This document shows, one piece after another, positions 13,674-25,794 of a stretch of 64,000 nucleotides of DNA. The notes below the pieces were generated by a model. It was not told where the DNA came from. It ran no database searches and saw only the letters and a list, made by a program, of their open reading frames with translations. How positions within the stretch are numbered: the stretch's first letter is position 1; each line of letters begins with the position of its first letter. This DNA is from Macrostomum hystrix (lineage: Eukaryota > Animalia > Platyhelminthes), in the NCBI GenBank assembly GCA_950097015.1, contig CATNEN010000001.1:9858001-9922000 (forward strand), given 5' to 3'. Made by a program: the position numbers and the translations under genes.

Positions 13674-13800
13674 TTAGTTCTCTGCTGCTGGGGGGAACTA
13701 GTTCTCTGCTGCTGGGGGGAACTAGTTCTCTGCTGCTGGGGGGAACTAGTTCTCTGCTGCTGGGGGGAATTGGTTCTCTGCTGCTGGGGGGAACTAGTTG
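13674..13800. repeat. 24-bp minisatellite (actagttctctgctgctgggggga)
   Basis: About 5 tandem copies. Confidence 0.9.
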
Positions 13801-14070
13801 GGGAGAATTCCCATCAGTTGCAGAGAAGTAATTCCCCCAGCAGCAAAGAACCATTATCATATAGACTATCGCTATTTAATGCATTTTTAATGAAGCTGTA
13901 AAGTCACGATAAATTGCCATAGATTATGAGCGAGAAATTCACTGTTTTTATTAAGTTAAGCAACAAGAACTTTAACAGGAAACAGATCGAGGATATAGCA
14001 AAGCAAACGAATACCAAAGTATTTAATTTTCGACAGTTAAGACCTATAAGTACGAGCTATATATTCTTTG

Positions 14071-14330
14071 TTAGAAGTTGAACGTGCACCCATCGAAGAG
14101 GCATTTGGCAAACATCGGCTGTTGCACACTTCGCATGTCAACTTGAGCTTGCTGCATGACTGTTGCACTAGTGGTTGCACTCGTAGTCGCCTCGGTTGGT
14201 GGGGCCAAATTGTCACTAACAGCGGTAGCAACCTTCCTGAGGGTTCTATCACGCTTGCGTGCGAGATAACGTCGAACAGTGGACTCCGATCGTTGTCCCG
14301 TTACCGCCATTATCTCACCCATAGGCAAAT
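14071..14330 (-). pseudogene. C-terminal fragment of a Crypton/DUF3504-like tyrosine recombinase
   Basis: EIMAVTGQRSESTVRRY (YR box II with catalytic Tyr) and FDGCTFNF terminus; paralogous to the + strand copy. Confidence 0.7.
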
Positions 14331-14340
14331 TCCTTTGGAT

Positions 14341-15624
14341 ATGCAAGAGGCAATGACGAAAGATAAAATAGTGAGCCTACCAACCAAGACGCGAGAGCAG
14401 ATGATTGCTCATGGTAACGGTTTTGTGCAGTTCCTTCGCGAACATGGAGCTGCTGTTCAGGAATTGAGTCGTGTTGAGATGTGTGAGTTTCTTAGGTATT
14501 ACTACTACCAATTGCGTCGCCATGATGGCGGTCCATACTCGCCTGCAAGTCTTGTGTGCATCCGCGCCGGCATGCTCCGAATGAAGGTCAGGGAATGGCA
14601 CAACTCCGGCGGTCAGGTTCGATCATATCCGCCAATCGAGGAGGGTGATATGGAGAAGCTACGGACGTATTTCGACAGATCAGTGCAGAGACCACTTAGG
14701 ATGAGTTTCTATTTCGCGTTATGTACGGCCTAGGAGAACGAGGAAGGGAACATCTGGAGTCGATTGAATCCAAGAAGTGGTTGGTGAAGCGCGAAGACTC
14801 GGATGGAAGACCGAACTACGCAATGAACTACGCATACGAACTACGAACTACAGCGAAGCTGTCTAAGGAATACACCAATCACAGCATTCGGTGAGTCAGT
14901 TGGTCGGGGAAGTGCATGTGATGTTTCAACTTGTGTCTGATTGAGTCTAGTTTACAGTTCAATTGCTCAATTGCTCTAGAGTTACCAGAGTGTGTGACCT
15001 GGAATCGGCTGGGCATTCGATGAGCGATATCATGGCTATCACGGGTCAAAAGTCCGAGAGCACGGTCCGGCGCTACCTGGCAGTTAAACGGGACAAGTCC
15101 CTGCAACAATGCAGCGATGCAGTGTCGCGTGCGTTGAACATGGGACAAAGCGCCGCGATCCACGGTCAAGTAACAATGCCTGCTGCCATCAGCATCCAGA
15201 GCTCCATCGTGCAAGGAGCAGTGAGCGTGTCTGATGGTCGTCAGATGAACGGTCGGAGTATCTTTATTATGAACAACTGCACTTTCAACAATTGCAATCT
15301 GTAATGGTCTTGGGCACTATATTGACAATAGCGCCATATTGATACTGCACTATTAACTTTCCATAGCGCTCTTTTGTTGTTGGTGTTTGCTGCTTTGTTC
15401 CAAAAATAGGCATCCATTATCCCGAGTTCGAAATCATTATCCTGAAGTTTAAGTGAAGAAATAAATGGAATGTGCTCAAGGTTTAACCATAGACGATTAC
15501 ATTATCCTAAAGACTGATTTTTGACAATGCGCTAAAGTCTATGGTTTCAGAATTAAATAATGATCAGCAGTGGCTTCGCCACTCGTGACTCGTGATCATT
15601 ATCCAAATCTGAAACCATAGACTT
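14341..15624 (+). mobile_element. Degraded Crypton-like (DUF3504 tyrosine recombinase) DNA transposon with intron 14891-14979
   Basis: Motifs FLRYYYYQLRRHDGGPYSPASLVCIRAG, GERGREHL, YTNHSIR|VTRV (HxxR across a GT-AG intron), IMAITGQKSESTVRRY, NNCTFNNC. Frameshifts and stops are present. Long hairpin at 15535-15624. Confidence 0.75.
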
Positions 15625-15854
15625 AATCTACCATTATTAACCACTAACCGGTCAACATATTTAAAAAATTTTAAACGCATTTAGAAAAGTGGTAATTATT
15701 GGACACATTTAGAAAACTTTTGGATACATTTGAAAAATTGTTAAATACATTTAGAAAACTGCTGGACACATTTAGAATGTGTATCACACTGATACAATAT
15801 GTGTATCAGCTTCCAGTGTCTATCTACAATTTAAATTTAAGGCAGGAAGAAAGG

Positions 15855-16200
15855 AGTAGTAGAGACAGATTGACAGGGTGAAATAGACTGTGAGACAAAT
15901 TGACATGGTGAAATAGACTGTGAGACAAATTGACAGGGTCAAATAGACTGTGAGACAAATTGACATGGTCAAATAGACTGTGAGTCAGATTGACAGGGTG
16001 CGATAGACAGTAAGACAGATTGAATAGAAGGGTTAGATAGATAGATTGAGTAGAAGGGTGAGATAGACAGATTGAGTAGAAGGTTGAGATAGATAGATTG
16101 AGTAGAAGGGTGAGATTGACAGTGAGACCGAGTGAGAAGGAGCATGAAACAGACAGTGAGACAGGATTACGGGTGGTTGAGATAGACAGTGAGACAGTGA
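15855..16200. repeat. Degenerate purine-rich tandem repeat (~30-bp and shorter units)
   Basis: aaatagactgtgagacaaattgaca-type units. Confidence 0.75.
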
Positions 16201-16555
16201 AGGTCATATTGAGACAGTGCTTGTCAACAGATCGAACCGTATTACTGGCAAACATTGTTGAGCTGGTCTGTTTACATTTGTCTTTACATCTCTCTTCTTC
16301 CACTTCAATTATTCAGTCAAGAGCATCTGAGCTAAGATCTAAGCTCTTTGTTGTTTTACTTGTCAACTGTCGATCGATCAATTTGAATTACTAATAAACA
16401 GCTTTTTGATGGAAATTCTTGGGGACGGGCTCTATTGATTATCAGCTGCCTACTTAAAAAGTAGTATTCCAGTAACATTTGATTTAATTTTAAGACTAAA
16501 TGTACAAAACGTTAAGAATGTTCTCTAGAAATTTTTGCTGTTAAATCAAATTGTA

Positions 16556-16800
16556 CTGTTCCTGTTAGATGGGGAAGTGTTTCTGTTAGATGGGGAAGTG
16601 TTCCTGTTAAATAGGGATTTCTTCCTGTTAGACTGCGAAGTGTTCCTGTTAGATAGGGAAGTATTCGTGTTAGACAGGGAAGTGGTCCTGTTAGATAGGG
16701 AAGTGTTCCTGTTACGAGCGTAGATAGGGAATTGTTCCTGTTAGACTGCGAAGTGTTCCTGTTATGAGATGTTAGGTAGATGTTAGGTAGATGTTAGGTG
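16556..16800. repeat. 21-bp minisatellite (ttcctgttagatagggaagtg)
   Basis: About 9 degenerate copies. Confidence 0.85.
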
Positions 16801-17289
16801 TTCCTTTTAATTTAGTGGCAACATAAATTTAAGCTAGATAAAACTAAATTTAAAGAAAATTACAAAGAAGAAGCTTATGTTTTATTAAAATAAAGGAATT
16901 GACTTTTTTCATTTCACAAGCAAATAATTACTTAACGATAAAAATGTGATGATTAACTTGTTTTATCGACAGGTGTGAGGCAGAAGAAATAAATGAATCA
17001 TAAATATTTCCGTGTACAAATGAGTGGAAGCTCTATTATTATTTGAACACAGATTAATTAAAGGAAGACAGTAAAAACGCAAAGTGTATTTGTTCAGTGC
17101 ACATGGTAGGCTTGTAGCTTCGAAAAACATGTTGCACTTTTTCTGAAGAAAGTATACCGTCTTTTTGTTAAGATTCAATTATGTAAAATTTGCGCATCGA
17201 GCTTAAGAATTTCTGACTCCAGAGTGATTTCAAATTCTTAGAAAGAAAATTTTGTTGTGAACAGCTAACAAAGTCACCAACAACCAATA

Positions 17290-18222
17290 ACCAACATCAC
17301 AAACAAGCACATGACACCAACATCACAAACAAGCACATGCAACCAACATCACAAACAAGCACATGCAACCAACATCACAAACAAGCACATCCAACCAACA
17401 TCACAAACAAGCACATGCAACCAACATCACAAACAAGCACATGCAACCAACATCACAAACATGCACATGCAACCAACATCACAAACAAGCACATGCAACC
17501 AACATCACAAACATGCACATGCAACCAACATCACAAACAAGCACATGCAACCAACATCACAAACATGCACATGCAACCAACATCACAAACAAGCACATGC
17601 AACCAACATCACAAACATGCACATGCAACCAACATCACAAACATGCACATGCAACCAACATCACAAACATGCACATGCAACCAACATCACAAACATGCAC
17701 ATGCAACCAACATCACAAACATGCACATGCAACCAACATCACAAACAAGCACATGCAACCAACATCACAAACATGCACATGCAACCAACATCACAAACAT
17801 GCACATGCAACCAACATCACAAACATGCACATGCAACCAACATCACAAACATGCACATGCAACCAACATCACAAACAAGCACATGCAACCAACATCACAA
17901 ACATGCACATCCAACTAACATCACAAACAAGCACATGCAACCAACATCACAAACAAGCACATGCAACCAACATCACAAACATGCACATGCAACCAACATC
18001 ACAAACAAGCACATGCAACCAACATCACAAACATGCACATGCAACCAACATCACAAACAAGCACATGCAACCAACATCACAAACAAGCACATGCAACCAA
18101 CATCACAAACATGCACATGCAACCAACATCACAAACAAGCACATGCAACCAACATCACAAACATGCACATGCAACCAACATCACAAACATGCACATGCAA
18201 CCAACATCACAAACATGCACAT
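17290..18222. repeat. 26-bp minisatellite (aaccaacatcacaaacaagcacatgc)
   Basis: About 35 tandem copies; the overlapping ORFs are repeat artefacts. Confidence 0.95.
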
Positions 18223-18410
18223 GAAACAAATAACAAAAATACTGAATTGAAACCAACATCACAAACAAAAATCAAATCAACTATCAAGAAGGCTGACATG
18301 AAACCCTATTTAAGAACAAACGATTATCAATAGAACCAATAGAAAGGAGTTCTATCGCTTACAGATTATACAAGCATGTTAATTAGGCTAAATTTCCCTA
18401 TCGGGCTGTG

Positions 18411-21139
18411 TCACACGAGCTGCAGCATGCGCAACCGTCTGCAAACGGCGCAGTTATCGCTGTAAGCTGAAGATCTTAAATTTCCACCAGAGGTGCCGCT
18501 GATGGCACTTCCAGAGCGTCGCAGTGGACGACAGTGGCAGGAGTCGGAGCTGACCTGGACGATGCCACCGCTGCCACCGCCGCCTGTAGTCAGGGACCAG
18601 CCTTGTCGAGACAGCGGACGAAGGTCGGCAGGCAGTGGCATGATGGACTTCGTTATTGGCACGAAATCATTTCCAGCTTCGCCAGCGGATGTCGCAGGAG
18701 TGGCGGAGCTTGATCTCAGCAGGCAGTTGCCAGTGTAGAGATGGCACAGGCGCGTCCGAGTCTTGGGAATGAACAGGCTCAACTCGGGTGGCAGCGGTCG
18801 CGGCCCAGTGTTCTTCTGCCTGTGCTCGGCCACTTCAGCAAGGAGGTGCTCCTGGTACAGCTGAGTGGCAGATTTCTGATAACGTGGAGCCACAATGGAA
18901 CTAGCTCCCGATTTGGGTCGATGAAACGGTTGGTGCTTCTGTTGTTGCTGCTGCTGCGCTAGCTTCTTCTGCTTTCGACGTTTAGTCGGATCGCGTTTAG
19001 CCATCTGATCGAATAGATCGTCTAATTCAACGGCGTCCTCGTCTGGATCGTCTAGACGCCACAGCTCGGCGATGAGAGCCTCGGATTCGTTGGCCTCGGC
19101 TGCCGCAGCCGCTGCGGCGGCAGCTGCCGCAGTCGCTTCGTCGCGTCGCTTGGCCGACCGTTGAAATCGAGCTGGAAATCCAGCGCTCTTTGGTCGAGCT
19201 GCCAGAGACGACGGCGGTGTGTACACCCCAATATTGGCGCCGTTGACCTTCGTCGAAGCACTGCCACCCCAGCAGAGGTCGTCGGAGGTTAGCGGCGGTT
19301 GTCGCTTGTAGTGCGGCGGCTGCTGCTTGCTAGACCGCGGCCGGAAGGTGCTGTGCAGGTGATTCCAGTTCACCTTGGGAGCGTCGGCTGCTAGCGAATT
19401 ACCTAGACGGATCAATTAATCCAGGTGCCAATTAAATTGTAAATTTTAGTAGCAGATCCTAGAGTGCACAAGTTTGAGAGGTCGTGAGTTAGAACCCCAG
19501 CCCAAGGGAAGCAAGATGTGTCCTTACGGTAGGTTAAAATCTATCTACAGCACACAAAAGCAGTACACAGACATTTTTAGTAACAGGGGTGTACGAGAGT
19601 ACATCTGCTTTGAATCCTCTTCGGCGTCTGAAACCGAAATCCCCAAATTTCGAAAATTCTTTTTAAGATTCCTACGAGGTCCTCAATTTTATTAGAACCA
19701 TGTAATGTCAAAGCTATATATTCCGGGTGTCCGGAAAGTCATGAGAAAACTACAAAAGGTTAATTATAAAAACGCGCAGAACAGTGAAACTTTACTAATC
19801 AGTAATGTAATTTCCCCTGAAGTCAATCACAGCTTGGCAGTGCTCCACGAGCCGTAGAACCTCGCGTTTCAAGCAGTTTGCATCCAGACCCCTCGCCCAC
19901 TGCAACGCGGCCTCGCGGACCTCATCGTGGCTGCTGAACTCCCGCTTCGAGAAGTCCGATTTCAGCCAATTGAAGAAAAAACGGTCGCATAAATTGAAAT
20001 CAGGGCTGTAGGGACTCTGAAAAAGTCCACGAGTCTCCATGTACTGCTGCACAGGCTGGGCCACATGAGGTCGTGCGTTGTCCCACTGCCACAAGACTTC
20101 GGACAGATGAATTGGCTGTGATCTGAGGCTCCGCCATAGGTCACCTGTGTGTCGAACGAATTCAACGATGCGATTGGCATCAACAGTCTGCTTTGGCGCC
20201 GTTGACATGATAGAGAATCGCTTGCTTGGGGTGAAAGCGACTACCAGCATTGTCTTTGGGTCCCCGACTGAGTGTCTCACAACTTGAGGTCGATGGTCGC
20301 CTTGACCCAGCCAGCACCGGTTGTTCTGCCGTGTACCAGTGTTTTTAAGGTACACCCACGTCTCGTCCTCCACCACGTACTTGTTGCAGAAGCTGGTCAT
20401 GCCCTCGGTATGAAAAATCCGACGTATTTGCTTGGCACAATTGACGCGAGCAACCTTGTTCTCTTCGGAGAGAACATGCGGGACCCACACGGCAGACACA
20501 TTGCGAAGTTGCAGGTCTTCAGTCAATATTTCATGCACTGTTGATTTCCCAACCTCCATGAAGTCAGCAAGATCTCTGACACTCACTTTTGGGTCTTCTT
20601 TCACGAGATTTCTGCAGGTCTCGATCAGCTCTGGTGTTCTCGTCGATCTCGGCCGGCCAGTACGGGCAGCTTGGGCCAGTGGTTACGACTCGTCACGGAA
20701 CCTTGTGTACCATCGGTACACTGACGACAGACCAGGCGCCACATCTCCATGCACTTTCAGCAGTTCTCCATGGCAATCAGGAGCAGATATACCAAGCTTA
20801 TACCTGGTATAAGCATAAGCTTGAAACTCGTCCATCTCAAAGCAGCAGCAAGGATCAATGAAGAAAAAAGTAACGATAGATGCTTGCTTTGCCTCTGCGT
20901 TGCAGTGGCCTAGACTTCTAAGTTATAACCATCAGCCTTACCCCCAAATTTGAAGCTAGAATCTAGCTCTTTCAGCCATAGACATATATTAAGTCAAGTG
21001 TTAGAATGGTACAGTATCTTGTCAATAGCTTGTGTCTAAGTAGTTAGAATAACACATTCTCATGACTTTCCGGACACCCGAAGTAATAGGCCAGTAAAAC
21101 AAAAAACGTCTCACCTTCTATCGTCAGACCATACTCCAT
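18411..21139 (-). CDS. Uncharacterised low-complexity protein (~340 aa); exons 21139-21115 and 19402-18411
   Basis: Long GC-rich ORF with acceptor ...ccgtctag| at 19403. Upstream ATG exon MEYGLTIEG|gtgag is phase-compatible. The first-exon assignment is tentative. Confidence 0.6.
19721..21083 (-). mobile_element. Mariner (Tc1/mariner) DNA transposon, full length
   Basis: ~27-bp TIRs with core cgggtgtccggaaagtcatgagaa at both ends; TA target duplication at 19719-19720 and 21084-21085. Confidence 0.95.
19795..20835 (-). pseudogene. Mariner transposase with one premature stop
   Basis: ATG at 20835 (MDEFQAYAYTRYKLG), in-frame TAA at 20685-20683; motifs GRPR, WVPHVL, DETW, DNARPH, YSPDFNLCD. Confidence 0.9.
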
Positions 21140-22765
21140 ATGTGCCTAATTAGCTAACTCTGATAAATTGAAGCCAAATTGCAGCTTAAATTTATTCCTA
21201 ACGACAACAAGCATTTAAAAGAGCCAGACAGAAAAAAATTGGAATTGCTTTAACTTTTCTCACTGTCTCTCTACTCCGAATTATTATTCGATGGTAAGAG
21301 GCTGAGAGAAGAGACAGATCTTCAAGGGTATTGGGCAGTGCTAGTTTAGTTATCGCTCTGTGTTCTATTGTGTCCCTGAGCACGATGCTGCAGTAGCACA
21401 AAAACTAGAGAGCCACGGCTACCTCACCGTGCATGAGTGTTAGACCGTGAAGGAGGACAGAGAAAAGGATTGGATAGAGCATAGACAGAGAGGCTGCAGA
21501 ACCAGACCAGAGCCATCTGCGGAGATTGCATTCCTATTCGTGTGCATTTCTAATAACCAATGCAAGCTTATTTGAACATCTCGGCATGCATAATAAACTA
21601 ATTAGCGGCGCCAGCAGTATTTGAGAGCTTCTTCAAGTCTTCAGTTCAATATTATAGTGGCCCCGGCGTCCATCACAACCATGTAAATTATTAATAAATC
21701 TTCGCTCAACGCCGTCTAAACTACTTAATCAGTAAGACTAAGTAGGGTAGTGAGTATAGTCGCATTTTTACAATTACATAATTGAAAAAAATTAAATCCA
21801 GAGATTTAACCGAACTGGAAAACTGCTTTGAGTCTGTTAGTGCTCTTTATTAAGCATTTTCGAATACATAGTGAGTAGTTCCGTTAAAAATACGAGCTAA
21901 TTATACAACTAATTGTAACTTGTTGTATAATAGCATCGAGAAAGTTTCAAAATTTTGAGGGCCACATGCATAAGGAACTGGATTTTTTTTAAACATTCGC
22001 CAGCTTAAATGAAAAATACAGACACAAGTTTATGGAAATCATGTTTTGTTAGAATTCATACATACAAAATAAAAACGTTCGCCTTGTTTTACTAAACCGC
22101 GTAACGACTAGAGACAGCCTGAAAAGTAGCGCGAATTCAAATCCTAAATAATTCCATAGGTCATGGGACATCCAGGGACATGTACTTGTAGGTTGAATGG
22201 TAACTAATAAAGATTACGATACTGATTGGTAAATTGAAGTAATAAATGTTTATCTAGTTAGTAAGGAAATACAATAACAATGATATAACATCATTAGGGT
22301 CGTGTGCATCAGAAGAATTGAGCGAATGCAATGTAGATTCGAGTATTTATTGCGTTAGTCATTGAGAAGGACAAAAAGCTAAATTACGGACGAAAAAAGC
22401 CGATGTACCTAGAGAACTCAGCAAAATTATAAATTCAGATTTTATTCAATTATTTTATTTAGACTATAACCAAGATAATCTATAATCAATCGAATCGCAT
22501 GCACACCATGATGCTTGACGTGACCACAACATCCTATAGCTGTAGCCCAGTCATTAAAGCAAGACACAAAATGCCCAGCTGTTAAATGGATTACACCAGG
22601 GTTTGCTGGTAAAGAAATTTGGGTTGATGTGACGACCCGATGTCTATGGATACAGCCTTTGGATAACTGAGACTGTCACTGGCTGTACGCGCATCGACTG
22701 GTTACTTGTTATCGATCAGCGAAAATGTATCAATAAGCAATCACACAGTCCAATCTGTGCTTTTA

Positions 22766-23908
22766 TTAGTCAGACTTTTTGCCTGAAACGCTACCATTAG
22801 TGACGGCACTGTCATCATCTAGCTCATCGTTGACGTTGTTATCGGACATCTCGGAGTCCGACCGGATGTCGCCATCGGTCTTGCCAGTTCGCAGCAGGTA
22901 CAGCACTATGCGGAAGATGTAGTAGGTCCAGATGCAGTGCAGCAGCTGCAGCATCACAAACAGGAAGACGAATATGTAGTAGACGAGACAGGGTGGGATC
23001 TCCAAGGCCGGCAGGCTGTGGGCGTACACGGAGTACACCACTCGCAGCGGCAGGGCTACTAGCCGCGACAGCACCCAGACGACGAGGAACACGCCGAATG
23101 TAGCATCGCTGAGCCGCTGCGCCCCGAGGTACTTGGCCAGCTTGCCGAACGACAGCAGCGGATCAACGGCGTCGTGAATGACGAGAGTCAGCAGCCCGAC
23201 TCGGGTGAAGTTGAAGGCCCAGGACAGCACGATCAGGCCAATGGTGACTAGGTGATGCAGCGTCAGTTCAAGGAAGTCCTTCCGTTTGATGTCAGCAGCC
23301 AGGGTGATCAGCAAGCTTGCGTAGAAGCCAAGCTCGAGCATGTAGTACCAGAACGCAGGACCGCTCAGGTGATGCTGAGGCCAATTTAGCCACAGGTGCT
23401 GGCTATCCCAAAAGTGCGGCTCATTCCACTGCAGTACAATGCCGTAGGTCACAAACACTGTGTAGTACATAAGGTACCAGCTGCACTCGGTAAATCTGGC
23501 TAGGGGTGTCGGCTTGTTGCGATTCCGTCTCAATCGAAGCCAGTTTTCAATGGATCTCCTGCTCAGGCCAGACTGGGCAGAGACTTCGGCGAGTTCGGCG
23601 GGAGCGAGTCGTTTTCGTCCGCCTAGAAACGGCTCCAGGAGTTTCGCCCTCGCCGTGTACCAGCAAGGTAGACGGATTTGACGCTCTGAAAGCTTCAAAT
23701 GCCGGCCCAGCGGTCTGAGCAGGCCGTAATGGATTAGAAAACGAACTATGAGCATGAGCAAGGTGCAGAGTAGGCCGTAGAACCACAGGTCCGAGAGACG
23801 CGGTCGAGTGATGCCTGGCACTTCCGCGCTGAACTTGTGCCACGGATACGGATCCCGGAGCCACAGCCACCAGGCAGGAGGCTGCTGGTTTGTGCTGACA
23901 GCTGACAT
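22766..23908 (-). CDS. CERS: Ceramide synthase (LAG1/TLC domain with Hox-like domain; CERS5/6-like), single coding exon
   Basis: Lag1 motif RKDFLELTLHHLVTIGLI...VIHDAVD; homeobox remnant SIENWLRLRRNRNKP; RFTECSW; C-terminal DIRSDSE. Confidence 0.95.
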   Translation of the reverse strand: MSAVSTNQQPPAWWLWLRDPYPWHKFSAEVPGITRPRLSDLWFYGLLCTLLMLIVRFLIHYGLLRPLGRHLKLSERQIRLPCWYTARAKLLEPFLGGRKRLAPAELAEVSAQSGLSRRSIENWLRLRRNRNKPTPLARFTECSWYLMYYTVFVTYGIVLQWNEPHFWDSQHLWLNWPQHHLSGPAFWYYMLELGFYASLLITLAADIKRKDFLELTLHHLVTIGLIVLSWAFNFTRVGLLTLVIHDAVDPLLSFGKLAKYLGAQRLSDATFGVFLVVWVLSRLVALPLRVVYSVYAHSLPALEIPPCLVYYIFVFLFVMLQLLHCIWTYYIFRIVLYLLRTGKTDGDIRSDSEMSDNNVNDELDDDSAVTNGSVSGKKSD

Positions 23909-23949
23909 TGCAGACCTGTTTTGGTAGAATTAATAATGTTCTGATTGTA

Positions 23950-24192
23950 CCTTCTGAAGTATCTGGAAGATGGCAACCTTCTGAGGATGTGGAATATGGC
24001 AACCTTCTGAGGATTTGGAATATGGCAACCTTCTGAGGATCTGGAATATGGCAACCTTCTGAGGATCTGGAATATGGCAACCTTCTGAGGATGTGGTAGA
24101 GGTTAGCTATGTAATGGATCTGGAAGAGGTTAGCTATCTGAGGATCTGGAAGAGGTTAGCTATCTGAGGATCTGGAAGAGGTTGGCTATCTG
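23950..24192. repeat. 26-bp minisatellite (ctgaggatctggaatatggcaacctt, with a variant block)
   Basis: Tandem copies immediately upstream of the CerS start. Confidence 0.9.
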
Positions 24193-24499
24193 AATGCCTA
24201 ACATAATTCTCGGCCTATTTAGTTCGAAGGAACTATTTAGTGCAGCTTCATTGGGGATATGCACTTTAGTATAGAAAATGAGAAGTGAATAGTTTTCAGG
24301 AAAACACACACATTGAGAAGCCAACATGAGACACTCGTGTGCTGCCGTGTTGTAAAGCAAGATTAATCTATCCGCGAGGGAAAATTTCCTTTGATCAAGA
24401 GAGCAGCTCTCGCGAATGCATGCTTAAATGCGCAGAACAACTTTGCTGCCCGTGAATACGTCCTTTAATGACGAATAGAATCGGACATGTATGGGGCTT

Positions 24500-24705
24500 A
24501 CATCGATTGTAAATGTCATGTTAATTGTAGAACGCAACACCCACCCTCAATTTCCTCAGCAATGGGTACCCCAGGTAGCAATTTAGCAGATGGATGAACT
24601 GAAGCAATGCAGAGTTAAAGTGTCTTGTCAAAGGAGGCAAATGTTCCACTGGAGTCGCGAATCGAACCCTCGACCTTAAGGCTGAGATACAAACTCCTGA
24701 ACTCT
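24500..24705 (-). mobile_element. Degenerate tRNA-derived SINE
   Basis: Minus strand has B-box GGTTCGATTC followed by ...ctttgacaagacactttaactc..., resembling the conserved post-tRNA motif of metazoan SINEs; boundaries approximate. Confidence 0.5.
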
Positions 24706-25794
24706 CGTTCGAAATTCTGAATCTTAGAAGCCCCAGGATAAAAGCTACCCATAAATTTGTTTCTATTTTCTTTGAATGATTAATTCAAAATATGCTTTCT
24801 TAGAATCATTTTTCCTATACTGTGAGTAAACCTATTGATAGTTGATGATCTCTAAGTTTATTTCCTAGAATTTCAATGACAAATATTAAATGACAAAGAC
24901 AGGTATCTTTACACCGCACTTGAGAATCAAACAAAGAAATCTTACCTGTAAATTAGAAGAATCAGCCGAAATTAAAGACAAAACTGAAACTCGTAAGTCA
25001 CTAAAACAGACAACAGAAATTATGACGAGATTAGTGCGCGAATTGTAAAGCTGCTTAACTTTCGGGTCTATGCAGAAGCCATAGACACCTACTTCAATAG
25101 CCAAAGTATAGCTAATAATAAAAAAGGCGCAAATACAAGAGAGTAATCTACAATGCACCTTTATACTTAAAGTCGAATGACTTGCTAGTTTCGTAAACTG
25201 GTCAAAGCGGCATTTTGAGGGCTTATTTACTAAAGACCAACTCTACAAAGGCGATCGTCTTCTCTCTCCTTTTGCCAGTCTGTTCTAGTGTCCAACCAGG
25301 CAGAGAGGAAAGGTGAAGCGAGAGTGTAGGCCACCTAACTCGACACTACACACCAGTGCAGTCGTGAGGCGATTCGCTCTGCTATTTACATGCAATCATG
25401 TAATACGCATTTCGGAGGTTGGCCGGACTGAAATATAGGCAAACTGAATCGTTGCTGAAGACTTGCATGCCGGGCACAGGACACGGAAGGAATGAGAGAG
25501 CATGTTGGGTGAGGCACAGGTGCAGTGTAGTGCTAGATATTGCTGAGGGTCATTATTTTTGTCGTTTCGCTTTTCCTGCACCGCCTAGTTCTGTCATGAT
25601 CAAGAAAACTGAATGAACACTCACACCGAGTATGAGTGAGTATAACGCAATCAGACAGGTAATGCTTGCTGGTACGAGCTGTGCTTTTCTCATCCATGTG
25701 CACTGGATTCCATAGAAAGGCCTCATTGAGAAAACCAGCTACCTGTTTGAGATAGACGAAACCAGTTGGACACAGACATAACATGCTGTAAGAG

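Noticed and set aside
17311-18333. Long repetitive ORFs here and at 4618-5617, 6764-8291, 35503-36175 and 57731-58396
   Set aside because: Translations of minisatellites, open in several frames
21428-21434. Alternative first exon ATGCACG|gtgag for the 18411-19402 gene
   Set aside because: Phase-compatible, but cannot be distinguished from a 5' UTR exon without transcripts; the 21139 start was preferred
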